Of a stretch of DNA of 64,000 bases, positions 13,751 through 27,719 are shown piece after piece; the first letter of the stretch is position 1; every line of letters starts with the position of its first letter. The notes under the pieces were generated by a model, which was not told where the DNA came from, searched no databases, and saw nothing but the letters and a program-made list of their open reading frames with translations. The position numbers and the translations under genes are program-made. Source of the stretch: Eledone cirrhosa. Lineage: Eukaryota. The stretch is from positions 48,422,001 through 48,486,000 of the forward strand of contig OZ024740.1 in the NCBI GenBank assembly GCA_964016885.1. The letters run 5' to 3'.

Positions 13751-13779
13751 TCTTTCTGAAAGAATCGCGAGCTATTTAT

Positions 13780-13940
13780 AATTGTGTCTACTTTTGGCAC
13801 AAGGCCAGCAATTACTTAGTACATTACTGGTACTTTATTTTATCGACCCCGTAAGGATGAAAGGCAAAATTAACCTTGGCGGGATTTGAACTCAGTTCGT
13901 AAAGGGACGTAACTATGCTGGAGAGCATGGCGTCCGAGCT
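13780..13940 (-). mobile_element. SINE family B
   Basis: Shared family-B core. Confidence 0.85.
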
Positions 13941-14159
13941 ATTTATAATGTTGTCTAAGCATTTGTAATGTTATTTATGTATATATTTAAAACATATTTA
14001 TTATGTTATTCTACTGTAAATTTATTTATATGCTCTGTTTATATTTTCATTCTGAAGGAATTGCAAACGATTTGTAATGTATTTATGAAATAAATTAATA
14101 TATATTGTCACGAAAGCAGGTTTTGTTTAATTTCATATCGTCTTGAAATTAGGGTTAGT

Positions 14160-15260
14160 AGGTTATGTCCGTGTCCCGCCATCAGGCTGCGTTGCCCAAG
14201 CGATTTGGGGGTCTTGGTCTTCGTAAGTGTTCGTCTCTCTCTCTCCCCTGCTTCCTTTCCTCCACCCACGCTTGTTCCACCCTGGTGAGCAGCATCCTCT
14301 CCTCTCCAATATGGACTAGTTCCAACAGGGAGTTGGGTGAAGCTCTCCAGCAATGGAGTGAGTTGGGCTTGTCTCTTCCTGAGAAGGTGGAGGACAGTCG
14401 AAGTCAGAGAACTTGGGACAGCATAAGTTCGAAGGCCACCTTCGACTCCCTCTTCGTCCAGTCAGATCAGTTTGCAAGGTGCCGCTTACTATCTGCCAGC
14501 GCCAAATACTCAGGCGACTGGGTCGATGCCCTACCCGTGGCCAACGTTGGTGGCCTACTTAGCCTGGACGAACTTCGTGTCTCCATCGCTCTCAGAGTGG
14601 GAGCTGACGTCTGCGTGGGTTTGAGGTGCCGATGCGCAAACTCCTCGACTCTACAGGCCTCCACTGTCTTTCTTGCCATCTGAATGCCGGCCGCTTCGCG
14701 CGTCACACGGAGCTAAACCTCATTCTGAAGAGAGCTTTGGCCCGGGCGAATATCCCCTCAATCTTAGAACCATCTGGGTTGTCCAGAACTGATGGCAAAA
14801 GACCTGACGGTCTTACCCTGTGCCCCTAGTCGAGAAGCAGGTGCCTTGTCTGGGACGTCACTGTTAGTGAATCTTTTGCTCTTTCCCACATTCTGGATGC
14901 TGCGGTTAGGACGAGAGCCACAGCTTCTGCAGCGGAGCGGAGTAAGCCCCTCAAATACTCTGATCTGTCGGCCAGCTACATTTTTCAGCCTGTGGCTTTC
15001 AAGACATTTGGGGGAGTCAGGCCACTGACTGCGAGGTTCCTTTCCTCACTGGCGGCTCGCCTAATAGAGGTGACTGGCAAATCTCGCGAGGGTGCTTGGC
15101 TGTTTCAGCGCATCAGCCTCACCATCACCCGAGGCAACGCTGCGAGTGTGCTGGCTTGCCCAGTACTCGCGACATTGCTGCCTTTTGCTCTGGTGTTGGC
15201 TCTGTTGTTCACCCCTTTCTTTACATTTTCTTTAATATTGTAGCATTGAAGGAATATATC
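14160..15260 (+). mobile_element. 5'-truncated RLE-type (CRE-like) non-LTR retrotransposon
   Basis: GGLG, a Cys/His motif, RH, RPDG and downstream PD-(D/E)xK-type nuclease motifs; frameshifted. Confidence 0.8.
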
Positions 15261-15479
15261 TTTCATTGTATCATCCTTTGTAGTGTTACCGAGCCATTTG
15301 TAATGTTATTTATGTATATATTTAAAACATATTTGTTATGTTATTCTACTGTAAATTTATTTATATGCTCTGTTTATATTTTCATTCTGAAGGAATTGCA
15401 AACAATTTGTACTCACCGCCGTTTTTTTTAAAAACCAATCCCAAAACCGTACCTTTTTTTATGTTAAAATTGTCCCCGT

Positions 15480-15990
15480 GGTCGGTCCCTTGACTCCACA
15501 GGTTTACATGGTTTGTCCTGCCACCTGAATGCTGGTCGTTTTGCCCATCACACCGAGCGAAACTTGATCATCAAATGGGCCCTGGCTCGGGTAAATATCC
15601 CCACAGTTCTGGAACCGGCTGGTTTATCCAGAAGTGATCGGAAGAGCCCAGACGGTCTTACCCTTTGTCCCTGGGTGACAGGTAGGTGTCTCATCTGGGA
15701 CGTCACAGTCAGTGACTCTTTTTCACCCTCCCACATCACGGACGTCGCGGTGAATGTGGGTGGGGGGCACTGTTTCTGTTGCCGAATGGAATAAAATTTG
15801 GAAATACCTGGACTTATTAAATAATTATTTTTTCCTTCCAGCCTGTGGTGTTCGAGATGTTTGGTGGAGTTGGGCCGCTGTCATTGCTGGTGACTCACCT
15901 TACTGAGGTGTCAAGTTATGTTCGTGAGGGTGCTTGGTTATTTCAGCACCTTAGTCTCGAATTGTTGCGAACGTGTTGGCTTGCCTGAAA
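15480..15990 (+). mobile_element. Divergent CRE-like 3' fragment
   Basis: [12 protein letters not shown]...PDGLTLCPW...LIWDVTV. Confidence 0.75.
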
Positions 15991-16029
15991 GTGTGTAGTT
16001 AACGCCTAAGTGTGTAGCTAACGCTGATT

Positions 16030-16405
16030 GTCTCACTTGGTGGTGATATGTGAGCAGCAACACCGGAGGATATGCTAAGGCTGGAGAGAAATGAAGCAAG
16101 CATGCTTCGATGGATGTGATATGTCAATGTACGTGAATGACAAAGCATGGATGAGTTGAGAAAAACTATGTATAAGAAGAATAAACTGTAGTGTGCAGGA
16201 GAGAAGACTACGTTGAGATGGCCACATGATGCACATGGATGATGACTGCTGGGTGAAGACGTGCCAAGCAATCCCAGTGGAGAGAGGACACAGTAGACCA
16301 CGGAAAACATGGGCGGAGGTTGTGAGAGCTGACCTCAGATTGCTGAAGTTCACAGAGGACTCGTCCCACTCTTGCAAGCAGGGAAAAGCGGATGCAAAAT
16401 GATCA
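16030..16405 (+). mobile_element. RTE LINE 3' end
   Basis: RLERNEASMLRW and GHMMHM remnants; cttgcaagcagggaaaagcgg tail. Confidence 0.85.
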
Positions 16406-19350
16406 TGATCATGATCATTTTACGTCCGCTCTTCTCTGCTTGCAAGGGTTGAACGGGTCTTATTCAGCACAGCATCTCTCCACTTGTCACGGTCCTTCGT
16501 CACCACCTCCGCCCATGTTTTTCGTGGTCTACCTCTACCACGTCTTCCTTCAACTGGCATTTCCTGGCACTTCTTCACCCATCGGTCACCTCCATGCGCA
16601 TCACATGTCCATACCACCGCAGTCTCCTCTCTCGCACACTACATTCTATCCCTCTCAGACAGTTTCTCTCTCAACACATCCATGCTGGGTCGTTGACGCA
16701 CATCCAACGGAGCATGCTTGCCTCATTTCTCTCCAGCCGTCGCATATTCTCTGCAGTTGCTGCCCAAGTCTCACTACCATGCATCATATAACCAGCCTTT
16801 CGTACGCAGGGAGAAACCCTTCTTCGTCAGCAGAGGAAGCAGCTCCCTAAACTTCTTCCAACCCATCCTTATTCTAGATATTATGGCCTTGGAACACCCC
16901 CTCCCATGCTAATCTGATTTCCTAGGTACTGGAAGCTATCCACTTCTATAGCACCCGCCTGCATTTGAAAAATGTGTCTATCAATGCGACTTCTACTGTC
17001 TAATTTCTCTGTACATCTACTGCATACGTATTTCTCCCTACCTGTTAGTTTGCCTGCTATCCCACTACATCTCTTGTGTATCCAGGATCTGGATTGTGTG
17101 CATTTTATAGAATTTATGCCAGTTCCTTTTCTGCATATCAAACATGGCCATTTTCCTGACGGAATCAGAGTTTTGTCCTCTTTCCTACTCATCAACACTT
17201 TTGCTTTGCTAGGTTCACTCTCAGTCCTCTTGCTTCCAACTGCTGTTTCCATAGCCAGAATTTATTCTCTAGCTCCTCTACTGATTCTGCTATAAGAACC
17301 AGATCGTTAGCATAGAGAAGTTCCCATGGACAGCCAGTCTTAAACTCCTCTGTTATGGCTTGGAGGACTATAATGAACAAGAGCGGGCTGAGGACCGAAC
17401 CTTGATGTACTCCTACTTGTATCTGGAATTCCTCACTAAACTCCTACCCTGACTTTACTGACAGCACCTCTGTACAAAGTTTGCACTGTCCTCACAAGCC
17501 ATTCCTCAACACCAGATGACAGATCGGGGTACCCTATCAAAGGCTTTCTCGAGGTCAACAAAGGCTAAGTATAGTGGCTTATTCTTCTCTAAGAACCTCT
17601 CTTGTAATTTTCTAACCAAGAAGAGCACATCTGTTGTACTCTTCCCAGGCACAAAACCAAACTGTATCTCATCTAGTTTGACCCTTTCTCTAATTAGTTG
17701 TGCTAAAATCCTTTCTGCCACTTTCATAACCTGATCTATCAGTTTTATACCCCTATAATTGCTCCTCTCCAAAGCATCCCCTTTACCTTTGTAGCAATTA
17801 ATGAGAATACTGCTGCACCAGTCTTTGGGTATGACACCACCATATATAGCCTGATTGATGATGCGTGCAACCAGTTTAGTACCTACGTCCCCTGATGCCT
17901 TCAGCATCTCAGCAACTATCCCCGACGGTCCAGCAGCCTTACCATTTTTCATTTCCTTAATTGCCTCTTGGACCCTATATTCGTCAATCACAATAGCTGG
18001 TCCCTCTGTCGGATCTACTGAGATTAATTTCTCTCTCCCCCATTCGTTCTCCACATTCATCAGTCTCTCATGACATTTCCAGGCCTATTTTTTCTGATCA
18101 TTCATGACACTAAGTACACCGGCATCATTCCAGACACATTTATCTCCAACAACATCCTGATTTGCATTGACACACTGCCTTGCAATGTGGAACACCGCAC
18201 GCCTCTGATCTTCCCGTCGCAGAACATTGGCAAACCTCCTACTCTCCACCTCCCTGCGTGCTAAGTACACCTGACATCTAGCTTCTCTCTTAGCGGCTGT
18301 ATATCCTTCTCTTCTCCTACACTTTTTCCAAGCCTTCCATGCTAGTCTTTTGTATCTAATGGCCCTATCTACTGTGCTGTTCCACCACCAGGTCACTCTC
18401 TGTCTGGTTGGAGCTCTGCTCCAAGTTTCATCAGTAGCTTGTAGTAAGTTGTCACGTAAGAAATTCCAGTTATTATCTATGTCATACGACTCTAAATCGT
18501 CTTCTTTTTCGTCATACACATCTTGAAGGGCTTTCCTAAATTTGTATTTTAGTGAAAGGTCTTTCAGCTTCCAGACCTTTCTTCTACACACCTTCCTGTA
18601 TGTCTCATTCCATCTCTTGCTTACTGAGATATCTCTAACGACTAACCTATGCTGTGGGGTACATTCTTCCCCAGGGTAAGCCTTGGTATTTGACACCATC
18701 TGCCTAACTAGTAAGAAGTCAATCTGGCTTATGTGCTTGCCTGATTTGTAGGTTATTAGGTGGTTGGCAGGTTTCTGGAAGTTAGTGTTGCAAATAGTCA
18801 ATGCACTTGCATCACAAAATTCAAGAAGTTTCACTCCTTTATTTCTTGAGCCGTAACCGTGCCTACCATGTACCCCGGTGTAACCATCCTGGAGCTGTCG
18901 AACATGACCATTGAAGTCCCCTGCTAGTATAACGATGTCTCCGTCCTCTGTCATTGCGGCTGTTTGCAAAAGTTGCTCGTAAAAGCAGTCTTTCTCTTCT
19001 TTACCTAGGCCTGCTTGGGGAGCATAGGCAGAGATGATTGTCAGTAGTCTCCTGCCTACAACTAATCTTAGCTTAATTATTCGATTATTAACTCGAACTA
19101 CCTCTATTGTCTTATTGATCCATCTCTCAGCCAGGAAAATGCCTACTCCCCCTAACTCATCATCCTTACCTACCCAGAAAAGCTTATAACTAAGATGTTT
19201 GCCTGCGATTAGTCTCGCAGAGGCACCTCTCCATCTCACCTCTTGCACGCAGCACACATCCACATGCCTTCTCTCCAGCATCTCCGCTATTTCACCAGAT
19301 CTACCTGTGAGAGTGCCAACATTAAGTGCATTAAGTGTTGCAACTCTGAG
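16406..19350 (-). mobile_element. Near-full-length decayed RTE LINE (APE + RT)
   Basis: ORF pieces 18085-19281 (CVQEVRW, GDFN) and 17506-18060 (RT); RTE tail. Confidence 0.92.
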
Positions 19351-19747
19351 ATGCGACGTCTTGATATTTTTGTTGTTCCTATATATTTGTTGCTCTGCTC
19401 ACAATTGCTTTGGCATTGATACACTGGTTGGATGCCCTTCCTAACACCAGTTCCACTTTACAGCATGGACTGGGTGCTTTTATTCGTGCCACCAGCACTA
19501 GAGAGGATGTCTTACTGGACTCATGAGCCCTCTATACCCCTCCATTTTACAGCAGGGTCATAACAAAAAAAAAAAACACTTGATACGGCACACACTCACA
19601 CACCAACACTCATGCATACAAACACACACACACATACATATATTACCGTCGGTACTGATACAAGATCATGTCAACTATTGACTTTCACAGGTCAGTATTT
19701 TTATAATAATAATAATTGTTTGCTTTACAGCATAGAGCAACGGCCCT

Positions 19748-19844
19748 CCATGCTCCGGGCCCCAAAATAAGGCACCAGCAATGCGCTGGGACAATCCATG
19801 CTCCGGGCCCAAAAACAAGGCACCAGCAATGCGCTGGGACAATC
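19748..19844. repeat. Two-copy tandem duplication of about 48 bp
   Basis: ccatgctccgggccc(c/a)aaaa(t/c)aaggcaccagcaatgcgctgggacaat occurs twice. Confidence 0.8.
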
Positions 19845-20329
19845 GCTGCCCCGTGCCAAGAACAGAATAGTTATTACTATTATTATAGTTGTTTTCTTCT
19901 TCTTAAGGCCTGATCGCTGGTCATGGTGATGGTGGTGGATGGTGTCAGTGATGGTGATGGCAGTTGTCATTGTCATTGTTGTTGTTGTTGCTGCTGCCGT
20001 TGTTGTTCATTTCACTGATGCTGCTGCTGCAGACAATGGTGTTGTTGCTGTTGTCGCTGGGTTGAAATTTTGAAATATATATATGATAACTACCACTTGT
20101 TTACAGAAGATGGCCATCTGTTCAACAAATTCTCTACTATTATGACCACAGCCAACTGCAGGATGCTAGCCAGTTTGATGACTGAACAGGCTTTGTTTAG
20201 GTACCTTTTCTAGACCCTTCCCATGTGGTATGGCTGAGCAGTGCATCCTCCAAAACTCCATCGAAGCATGTTGCTGTTTAGGTTAACTGTGCAGCAATGT
20301 TCGGATAAGACTCATGTAGATTTGTAACC

Positions 20330-20990
20330 TAGCAGTAAAGACTAACATAAGTAAAACATTCTTAGAGCTATTAGATAAACATTTCCTTCCTGAACATAGG
20401 TACAGTAAAATTTTCAACAGGCAGTCGGTGAAGATCAACTACTCCTTTGGTCCTTCCATGAAGGCAAAAATTGCAAATAGAAATGAACCTGATGTAAACC
20501 CAAGATGTTCATACAGGATAAAAGAAGGATGTCCTCTGTAACAACAATGTAACATCAAGTCGGTCGAATATGAAGCATATCACATCATTCATACATCAGG
20601 AAATGTGGATGGCCACAGCACTGGCAAGCCGTGTGTGGAACCTGAAGTATAAAGGCATCCCATACATGATTTACTGGAATATTCTGGATAAATTATGCCC
20701 TTATAGGAAAGTAACGACGAAGCATTCACTTTGCTTAATCGAATGGTTTGGAATATCTAAATACAAAAGTGAATTTTACATAGAATGCTCCCATATGCGA
20801 TCCCACTTCCACTCAGCATGGAATGATACAAGCCCGGGCACACAAAATACCATTATCTTACATCCGATAATTCTTTTTTATGTCTTATTGTATTTTCCTG
20901 ATGAAGAGCTAAAGTCTGACACATTGAACTCCCTTTTCTCTTTCATCTGAGCATGAAAATTAATTATTTTTGTATTGCTGTGTTTGTCTA
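20330..20990 (+). mobile_element. Decayed Penelope-like element 3' part with degenerate hammerhead core near 20898
   Basis: LLDKHF...KIFNRQSVKINYS and GIY-YIG C-terminal remnants; CTGATGA-agagc in the 3' UTR. Confidence 0.7.
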
Positions 20991-21194
20991 TAAAAATCAA
21001 TCTTAATTCTAAATGTTAGTTCTTGTATTGTATATAAGATTACATTTATTATACAGTTATTTTTTTCTACAAGCATTCCAAGAAAAATATTAATTTGAAT
21101 AAAATATTCAGTGTTGTTAATTCACAGATTGATTTTTTTAGTTTCAGAGGATCCCGTGAAAGCAGCAATTCTTTGCTTAAACTTTAATTTGTTA

Positions 21195-21232
<38 letters not shown>

Positions 21233-21317
21233 TATATTCGTGCACCAGATATTTTTGCATACACAATAACAAAATATAAACAAACGGATTTATTTCATGA
21301 GGCTCGATAAAGGATAA

Positions 21318-24300
21318 TCATCATCATCATCATCGTTTAACGTCCATCTTCCACACTTGCATGGGTTTGGACGGGAGTTTTCCCACTTGAGGCAAGATTG
21401 GTTGTCCTGCTCGTATAGGACTGTCTGGCGGGTTTTCTACGGCTGGATGCCCTTCCTAACACCAACCATGTTTACAGTGTGAACTGGGAGGTTTTTACTG
21501 TGTTACCTACACGGCCACATTACAGCATGGACTGTGTGTTTTTTTTTTGTCGTGACACCTACACGACCTCATTTGTTTCGAACTGAATGTTGTGGTACCA
21601 ACATAACTTCACATTGAAGGGGGGTGTTGTGGATGGGGCGGGGGACAGAGGTGTATTTTTGTTAGAGGTGCCTACTGACTCTAGGTTTCGCTTTGTACTT
21701 AGGCAAGGCGGGTCTTCTGTATTACTGTGTAGCGCCAAAGATCTCGGTCCAGTGACATTGTCTTGGAGAGGTGTGTGTGAGGTCGGAATTTATCAAGTCG
21801 TCCCAGATTTTTCTGGGTCTGCCTACTCCGTGGCTACCGTCTATTTTTATTGCCCTGCACTTTTTTATACAGCTGTCTTCTTTCATGCGCATCACGTGAC
21901 CGTACCAACGTAGTCTTCTCTTGGGTAAACAACATCTGATCCCTCTTATTCCTAATTTCTCCCTTAGTTCGTTTATGCTTTGCCGTTCACATATATAACT
22001 ATTACACATCCAGCGGAGCATGCAAGCTTCGTTCCTCTCCAGTCTGCGTATATCCTCTGCACACAATGCCCAGGTCTCACTGCCATGTAACATTGCCTTT
22101 CATTTTAGAGAGAACCCTTTAGCGGCCAATAGTGGTATAAGCTCTCTGAACTTTTTCCATCCAGTTCTGACTCTAGCTACTGTACTTTCAGACCACCCTC
22201 CCCCACTGCTGATTTTGTCACCCAGGTAACGGAAGGTGTCCACTATTTCTATAGAAGCATCTGTGCAATGGAATGAGCTAGTATTCTGTGAGCACTTGCT
22301 GCTACTTATTGCACCAGAGCACCGGCCACATATAAAATCTATATTCTTAGTTAGCTTACCTGTGATCCCACTACATCTTTTATGCACCCATACTTTGCAT
22401 TTGGGACATAAAATGGAGTTTCTGCCTACTCTTTTCCTACACACTGAGCATGGCCATTTCCCAGATGGGACCAGTGCCCTATTTTCCTTCCTATAAACTA
22501 GAACTTTAGTCTTAGACAGGTTAATTTTAAGGTCTTTTGATTCTAGGCCATGCTTCCATGTTTGGAATTTCTTCTCTAGTTCAGCCATTGATTCAGCTAT
22601 GAGTGTTAGATCATCTGCATATAGGAGTTCCCATGGGCAGCTGGTCTTTAACTCCTCTTTTATAGCCTGAAGGGCAATAATAAATAGTAGGGGGCTAAGA
22701 ACGGAGCCCTGATGAACACCAACTTTTACGCTAAACTCTTCACTATATTCGTTGTTAATTCTAACCTTGCTGACTGTTTCTTTATACATGGCTTGTATAG
22801 CTCTCACAAACCATTCATCAACACCTAGTTTTCTAAGAGCCCACCAGATAATGGAGCGGGGGACTCTGTCAAAAGCTTTCTCCAAGTCAACAAAAGCTAA
22901 GTATAGGGGTTTACTTTTAGCTAGGTACTTCTCCTGTAGTTGTCGTACAATGAAAAGAGCATCTGTGGTACTTTTACCTGACACAAACCCGAACTGCATT
23001 TCATCTAGATCAATTCGTTCTCTGATTAGTTGCGCTATTACTTTTTCTGTGACCTTCATGACCTGGTCGATTAATTTAATGCCTCTATAGTTACTCCTAT
23101 CTAGGGCATCTCCTTTACCCTTGTAGCAGTTAATGATGATGCTGCTACACCAATCCTTGGGAACGGCCCCATTCTGTATGACTTGGTTTACTATCCGGGT
23201 GACCATAGTGTGTCCCACCGTTCCAGATGCTTTCAGCATTTCAGCAACTATTTCCGAAGGCCCAGCCGCCTTACCTGTCTTCATATCTTTGATTGCTTTA
23301 CTTATTATACTACCTTCAACTAACACTGCTGGTCCCTCTATTGGGTCGATGTGGGGGAGACTGTCTTTCTCCCATTTATTCTCCTCATTTAGTAGCCTTT
23401 CGTAGTGACACTTCCAAGCTACCTTCTTATCAGCGTTAGTGATGGCAAGTACACCATCATCATTAAGGACAAACTTCTCCCCAACAATATCACGGTTTTC
23501 CTTGACACATTGCCTAGCAATCCTGAATACCTCACGTTTTTGGTCCTCGCATTGTAGAACATGCTTGAACTTTCTTTCCTCTGCTTCCCTTCTTGCGAAG
23601 TACACTTGTCTCCTAGCTTCCCTCCTGGCCACTTGATAGTCTTCTCTACTTCCCCCATCATGCCATACTTTCCAAGCCTGCTTTTTGGCCTTAATTGACT
23701 CCTCCACCTACTGTTCCACCACCACGTTACTCGCCTCCTGCCTACAGGCCTGCTCCAGCCACAGACTTTATCTGCCACTTCAGCAGGTTAGCTTTCAGGA
23801 ATTCCCACTGTTCCTCCATATTGTACAACTCTAATTGCTCTTCCTTACTGTCGAAAGCATCAAGTAATATGCTTTTAAATTTATTACTGGCTGTGGGTTC
23901 CTTTAGCTTCCATATTTTTCTCCTGAGGATAGTCCTCCTCTGTTGTCGAGTACGTCTTGTCCTGACTATGAGTCTATGTTGGGAGGTGCATTCTTCATGG
24001 GGTAGGGATTTAGTGTTTACAACAGACACTCTATCATGTCTTCTGGTAAGGATATAATCTATCTGACTGGCGTGTTCCCCTGATCTATAAGTGATCAAGT
24101 GATTGTCTCGTTTTTTTAAGTTAGTGTTACAGATAGTTAGGTTATTTGTGTCACAGAATTCCAGGATTCTGGAGCCTTCCTCATTTCTTGTACCAAACCC
24201 ATAGCCTCCATGGATTCCGTCATAGCCGTCACAATGTTGTCCAACGTGACCATTTTCGTCGCCAGCAATAATTATGTAGTCACTGTCGGTTATTTGGGAG

Positions 24301-24630
24301 GTAGTGAGCATCAATGTCTCATAGAATCTGTCTTTTATAGCACCAGACAGTCCGGATTGGGGTGCGTACGCAGATATTACTGTCACAGTAGTTCTATTTA
24401 GGACAAGTCTTATTTTAATTATTCTGTCGTTCACTCTATTTACATCTATTATCTTATCTACCCATTTTTCTGCTAACATGATTCCTACCCCACCCAGCCC
24501 ATTGTCATTTCCCACCCAGAAAAGCTTATAGCATCGTTTTTTACCCACAATGATCTGGCAGGCCCACCCCTCCACCTGGTCTCTTGGATACAGCAAACAT
24601 CAACCTCCTTACCTTCAAGCATTTCTACCT
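21318..24630 (-). mobile_element. Near-full-length RTE LINE with frameshifts
   Basis: APE 23742-24596; RT 22100-23707 (QGSVLSP, YADD); C-terminus 21722-22093; (GAT)n tail. Confidence 0.95.
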
Positions 24631-24750
24631 CATATAAGAACCCTAGAGCAAATCCTGAGCAACACCTGGCTATTCTGCTAGTACATAATATAAAAATATA
24701 TTAGAGAGAGATATAGAGATAGATATATGTTTCATTTAATATTTAATATA

Positions 24751-24880
24751 ATTGTTTCTACTTTTGGCACAAGGCCAGCAATTATCCCAGTGCATTACTG
24801 ATGCTTTATTTTATCGACCCCGTAAGGATCAAAGGCAAAGTTAACCTCGACGGGATTTAAACTCAGATCATAAAGGGCCG
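24751..24880 (-). mobile_element. SINE family B
   Basis: Shared family-B core. Confidence 0.85.
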
Positions 24881-25219
24881 TATGTATACGATACTATAAT
24901 AATATTATAAGTAATAAATTCATATGATGCCCCAATTCACCGCCAAAAAAAAGATTTTCTACATACGAAAATATATTTTCTTAATAAAATAATGTACAAA
25001 TTTACAACACATATTGGCGATGTCAATAGTATACCACTAAAACAGCCCACCCAGATAGGTTTTTAGGGATGGAGTTGAATGAGAAGGACTAGTTTGATGA
25101 AGTAAAAGTAGCCTCCCAATTTAAGGCTGAATTGTACTAAGAATAAGTCTGAGATCCCCACGCTCCGTAATTCGGAGCTTGCACTGCTGCTTCGTAAGAA
25201 GGTGAGAAACAGCACCAAA

Positions 25220-25640
25220 TCCTCTCTCAACTAAATATGTTGGAAAGGCAATGAAGAATACTGCTCACTATAAGATGTTGAAGAAGGTTGTGTTGCCTTG
25301 GATAGACAGCATGCGCAAAAGAAGACCATGCACCTACCAACAACACACTGTGCTGTCTCATAAGATCAAGACAACCCAAGAATGGATGAGTTACAATCTC
25401 CATGTCACCCCAAACATGTGGCAACCTAGCTCTCCAGACCTGAATCCGTTGGATTACTACGTATGGGGCATAGTCAAGAGGGATGCCAATCAACGCTCCT
25501 ATAACACTATAAAATCTCTGAAGTCCACCACAACTAGCACAATGTTGAAAATAATCATCTGATTCGGGCATATTAACGTTTCAGACTTCGTATTGAAGCG
25601 GTCTTCATTGAGTTTCAACATTATTCATGTCAATTTTTTC
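25220..25640 (+). mobile_element. Tc1/mariner transposase C-terminal fragment
   Basis: WQPSSPDLNPLDYYVWG motif in ORF 25251-25562. Confidence 0.85.
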
Positions 25641-25929
25641 TGAACTGAAAGACTTCTGTCATGACTTAAGTGTCTTTTACTTAATTCATGCAAATATCTT
25701 CAAAGAACTAAGCATCACATTTCTTTCTATCTCTGGCAGTTCTTCCTAAGTGAGGCAGTTTTCCCACACATCTGTCACTGTAGCAGAGGCAGGTATGTTG
25801 CCAGATATTAATTCAACTGTGCCAAAATTTATTGGGGTTGAGATGTTGATCATTGATATCATTATGTTATAGAGGAAAATATTAATATTTTTTTATTTCA
25901 ATGAGAAAATGATTTTAAAGAATATTATA

Positions 25930-26252
25930 TGGAGGCACATGGCTTAGTGATTAGAGCATTGGCCTTACAATCGAAAGGTTGTGAGTTCAATTCTCAGACT
26001 GGGTGATGTGTTATTTCCTTGAGTAAGACACTTTATTTCACATTGCTCCAGTTTACTCAGCTGTAGAAATGAGATGATAGGACTGGGGTCCCTATTATTC
26101 CAAGTGGTCGTGGAGGTGCCACGGCAAAAAAGCACCCAGCACTCACTGTAAATGAGGTTGGTATTAGGAAGGGCATCCAGCTGTAGAAATCAAGCCAGAA
26201 TCAGTTCCCGTCTCACCCTTGCAAGCAAGGAAAAGTGGACGTAAAATGATGA
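25930..26252 (+). mobile_element. SINE family A
   Basis: A and B boxes plus RTE-type tail. Confidence 0.9.
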
Positions 26253-26302
26253 AAAAAATGAATGAATTACTATAATATTACACGCACACTCTCTCTCTCT
26301 TT

Positions 26303-26474
<172 letters not shown>

Positions 26475-26778
26475 GTAAAAGAATCAAAACATATCAAAAT
26501 ATGTTTAGAATTTTGTGTTTCTCAATAAGCAAGCTCAATAGACTTTATCTAGAGCCATAAAAACCAAATTAAAAGATATGTTTATATATAGAGAGAGAGA
26601 GCCATATATCGTAAAAGAAACACGGTATATTGTATATATACAAAATACCTATTCTATAGAAGAATAGGTACACAGGGGGAATCGTAAGTGAAACCTTATA
26701 GCGCTATTTCATACCTGGAAAGTATAGCTAAAAAATCGATCTATGTATCGATCATCGAAAGAAAGAAAATCAATCAAA

Positions 26779-27115
26779 CATGGCTTAGTGGTTAGAACAT
26801 TGGCCTTGCAATCGAAAGGTTGTGAGTTCAATTCTCAGACTGGGTGATGTGTTGTTTCCTTGAGCAAGACACTTTATTTCACATTGCTCCAGTTTACTCA
26901 GCTGTAGAAATGAGATGATAGGGACTGGAGTCCATATCATTCCACTGCAAAGTGGTCGTGGAGGTGCTATGGCAAAAAAGCACCCAGCACTCACTGTAAA
27001 TGAGGTTGGTGTTAGGAAGGGCATCCAGCTGTAGAAATCAAGCCAGAATCAGTTCCCGTCCCACCCTTGCAAGCAGGGAAAAGCGGATGTAAAATGATGA
27101 TGATGATGATGATGA
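26779..27115 (+). mobile_element. SINE family A inserted into the fold-back arm
   Basis: Absent from the opposite arm. Confidence 0.92.
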
Positions 27116-27239
27116 TATTCGATCATCGAAGACAAACTATCGATTATGATTAAACCACATGAGACTCAGGTACTCATCAGAGGTATATTGATTTATTTAC
27201 CATCTTCAGTCAATATTTCCCTTAGAATGGTGAGACTAA

Positions 27240-27400
27240 AACTCTGATGAGTACCCGAGTCTCATGTGGTTTAATCATAATCGATAGTTTGTCTTCGATG
27301 ATCGAATATATTGATTAATTATTTTTCTTTCTTTCGATGATCGATTACATAGATTGATTTTTAGCTATACTTTCCAGGTATGAAATAGCGCTATAAGGTT
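27240..27400 (+). ncRNA. Hammerhead ribozyme motif with a stem II of about 130 nt
   Basis: CTGATGA (27244), GTACCCG...CAGGTAT, GAAA, palindromic TAGCGCTA, TA^AGGT; the mirror copy has GTACCTG and stem I ACCT/AGGT. Confidence 0.7.
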
Positions 27401-27657
27401 TCACTTACGATTCCCCCTGTGTACCTATTCTTCTATAGAATAGGTATTTGGTATATATACAATATACCGTGTTTCTTTTACGATATATGGCTCTCTCTCT
27501 CTATATATAAACATATATCTTTTAATTTGGTTATTATGGCTCTAGATAAAGTCTATTGAGCTTGCTTATTGAGAAACACAAAATTCTAAACATATTTTGA
27601 TGTTTTGATTCATCATTTGTGTGTGCGCGTGTGTGTGTGTGTGTGTTTGTGTGTCTA

Positions 27658-27719
<62 letters not shown>

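Larger units (their letters stand above)
26481..27611. mobile_element. Fold-back non-coding element with hammerhead-bearing arms; left arm interrupted by a SINE
   Basis: 26481-26778 plus 27114-27182 is the reverse complement of 27243-27611; spacer about 60 bp. Confidence 0.9.
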
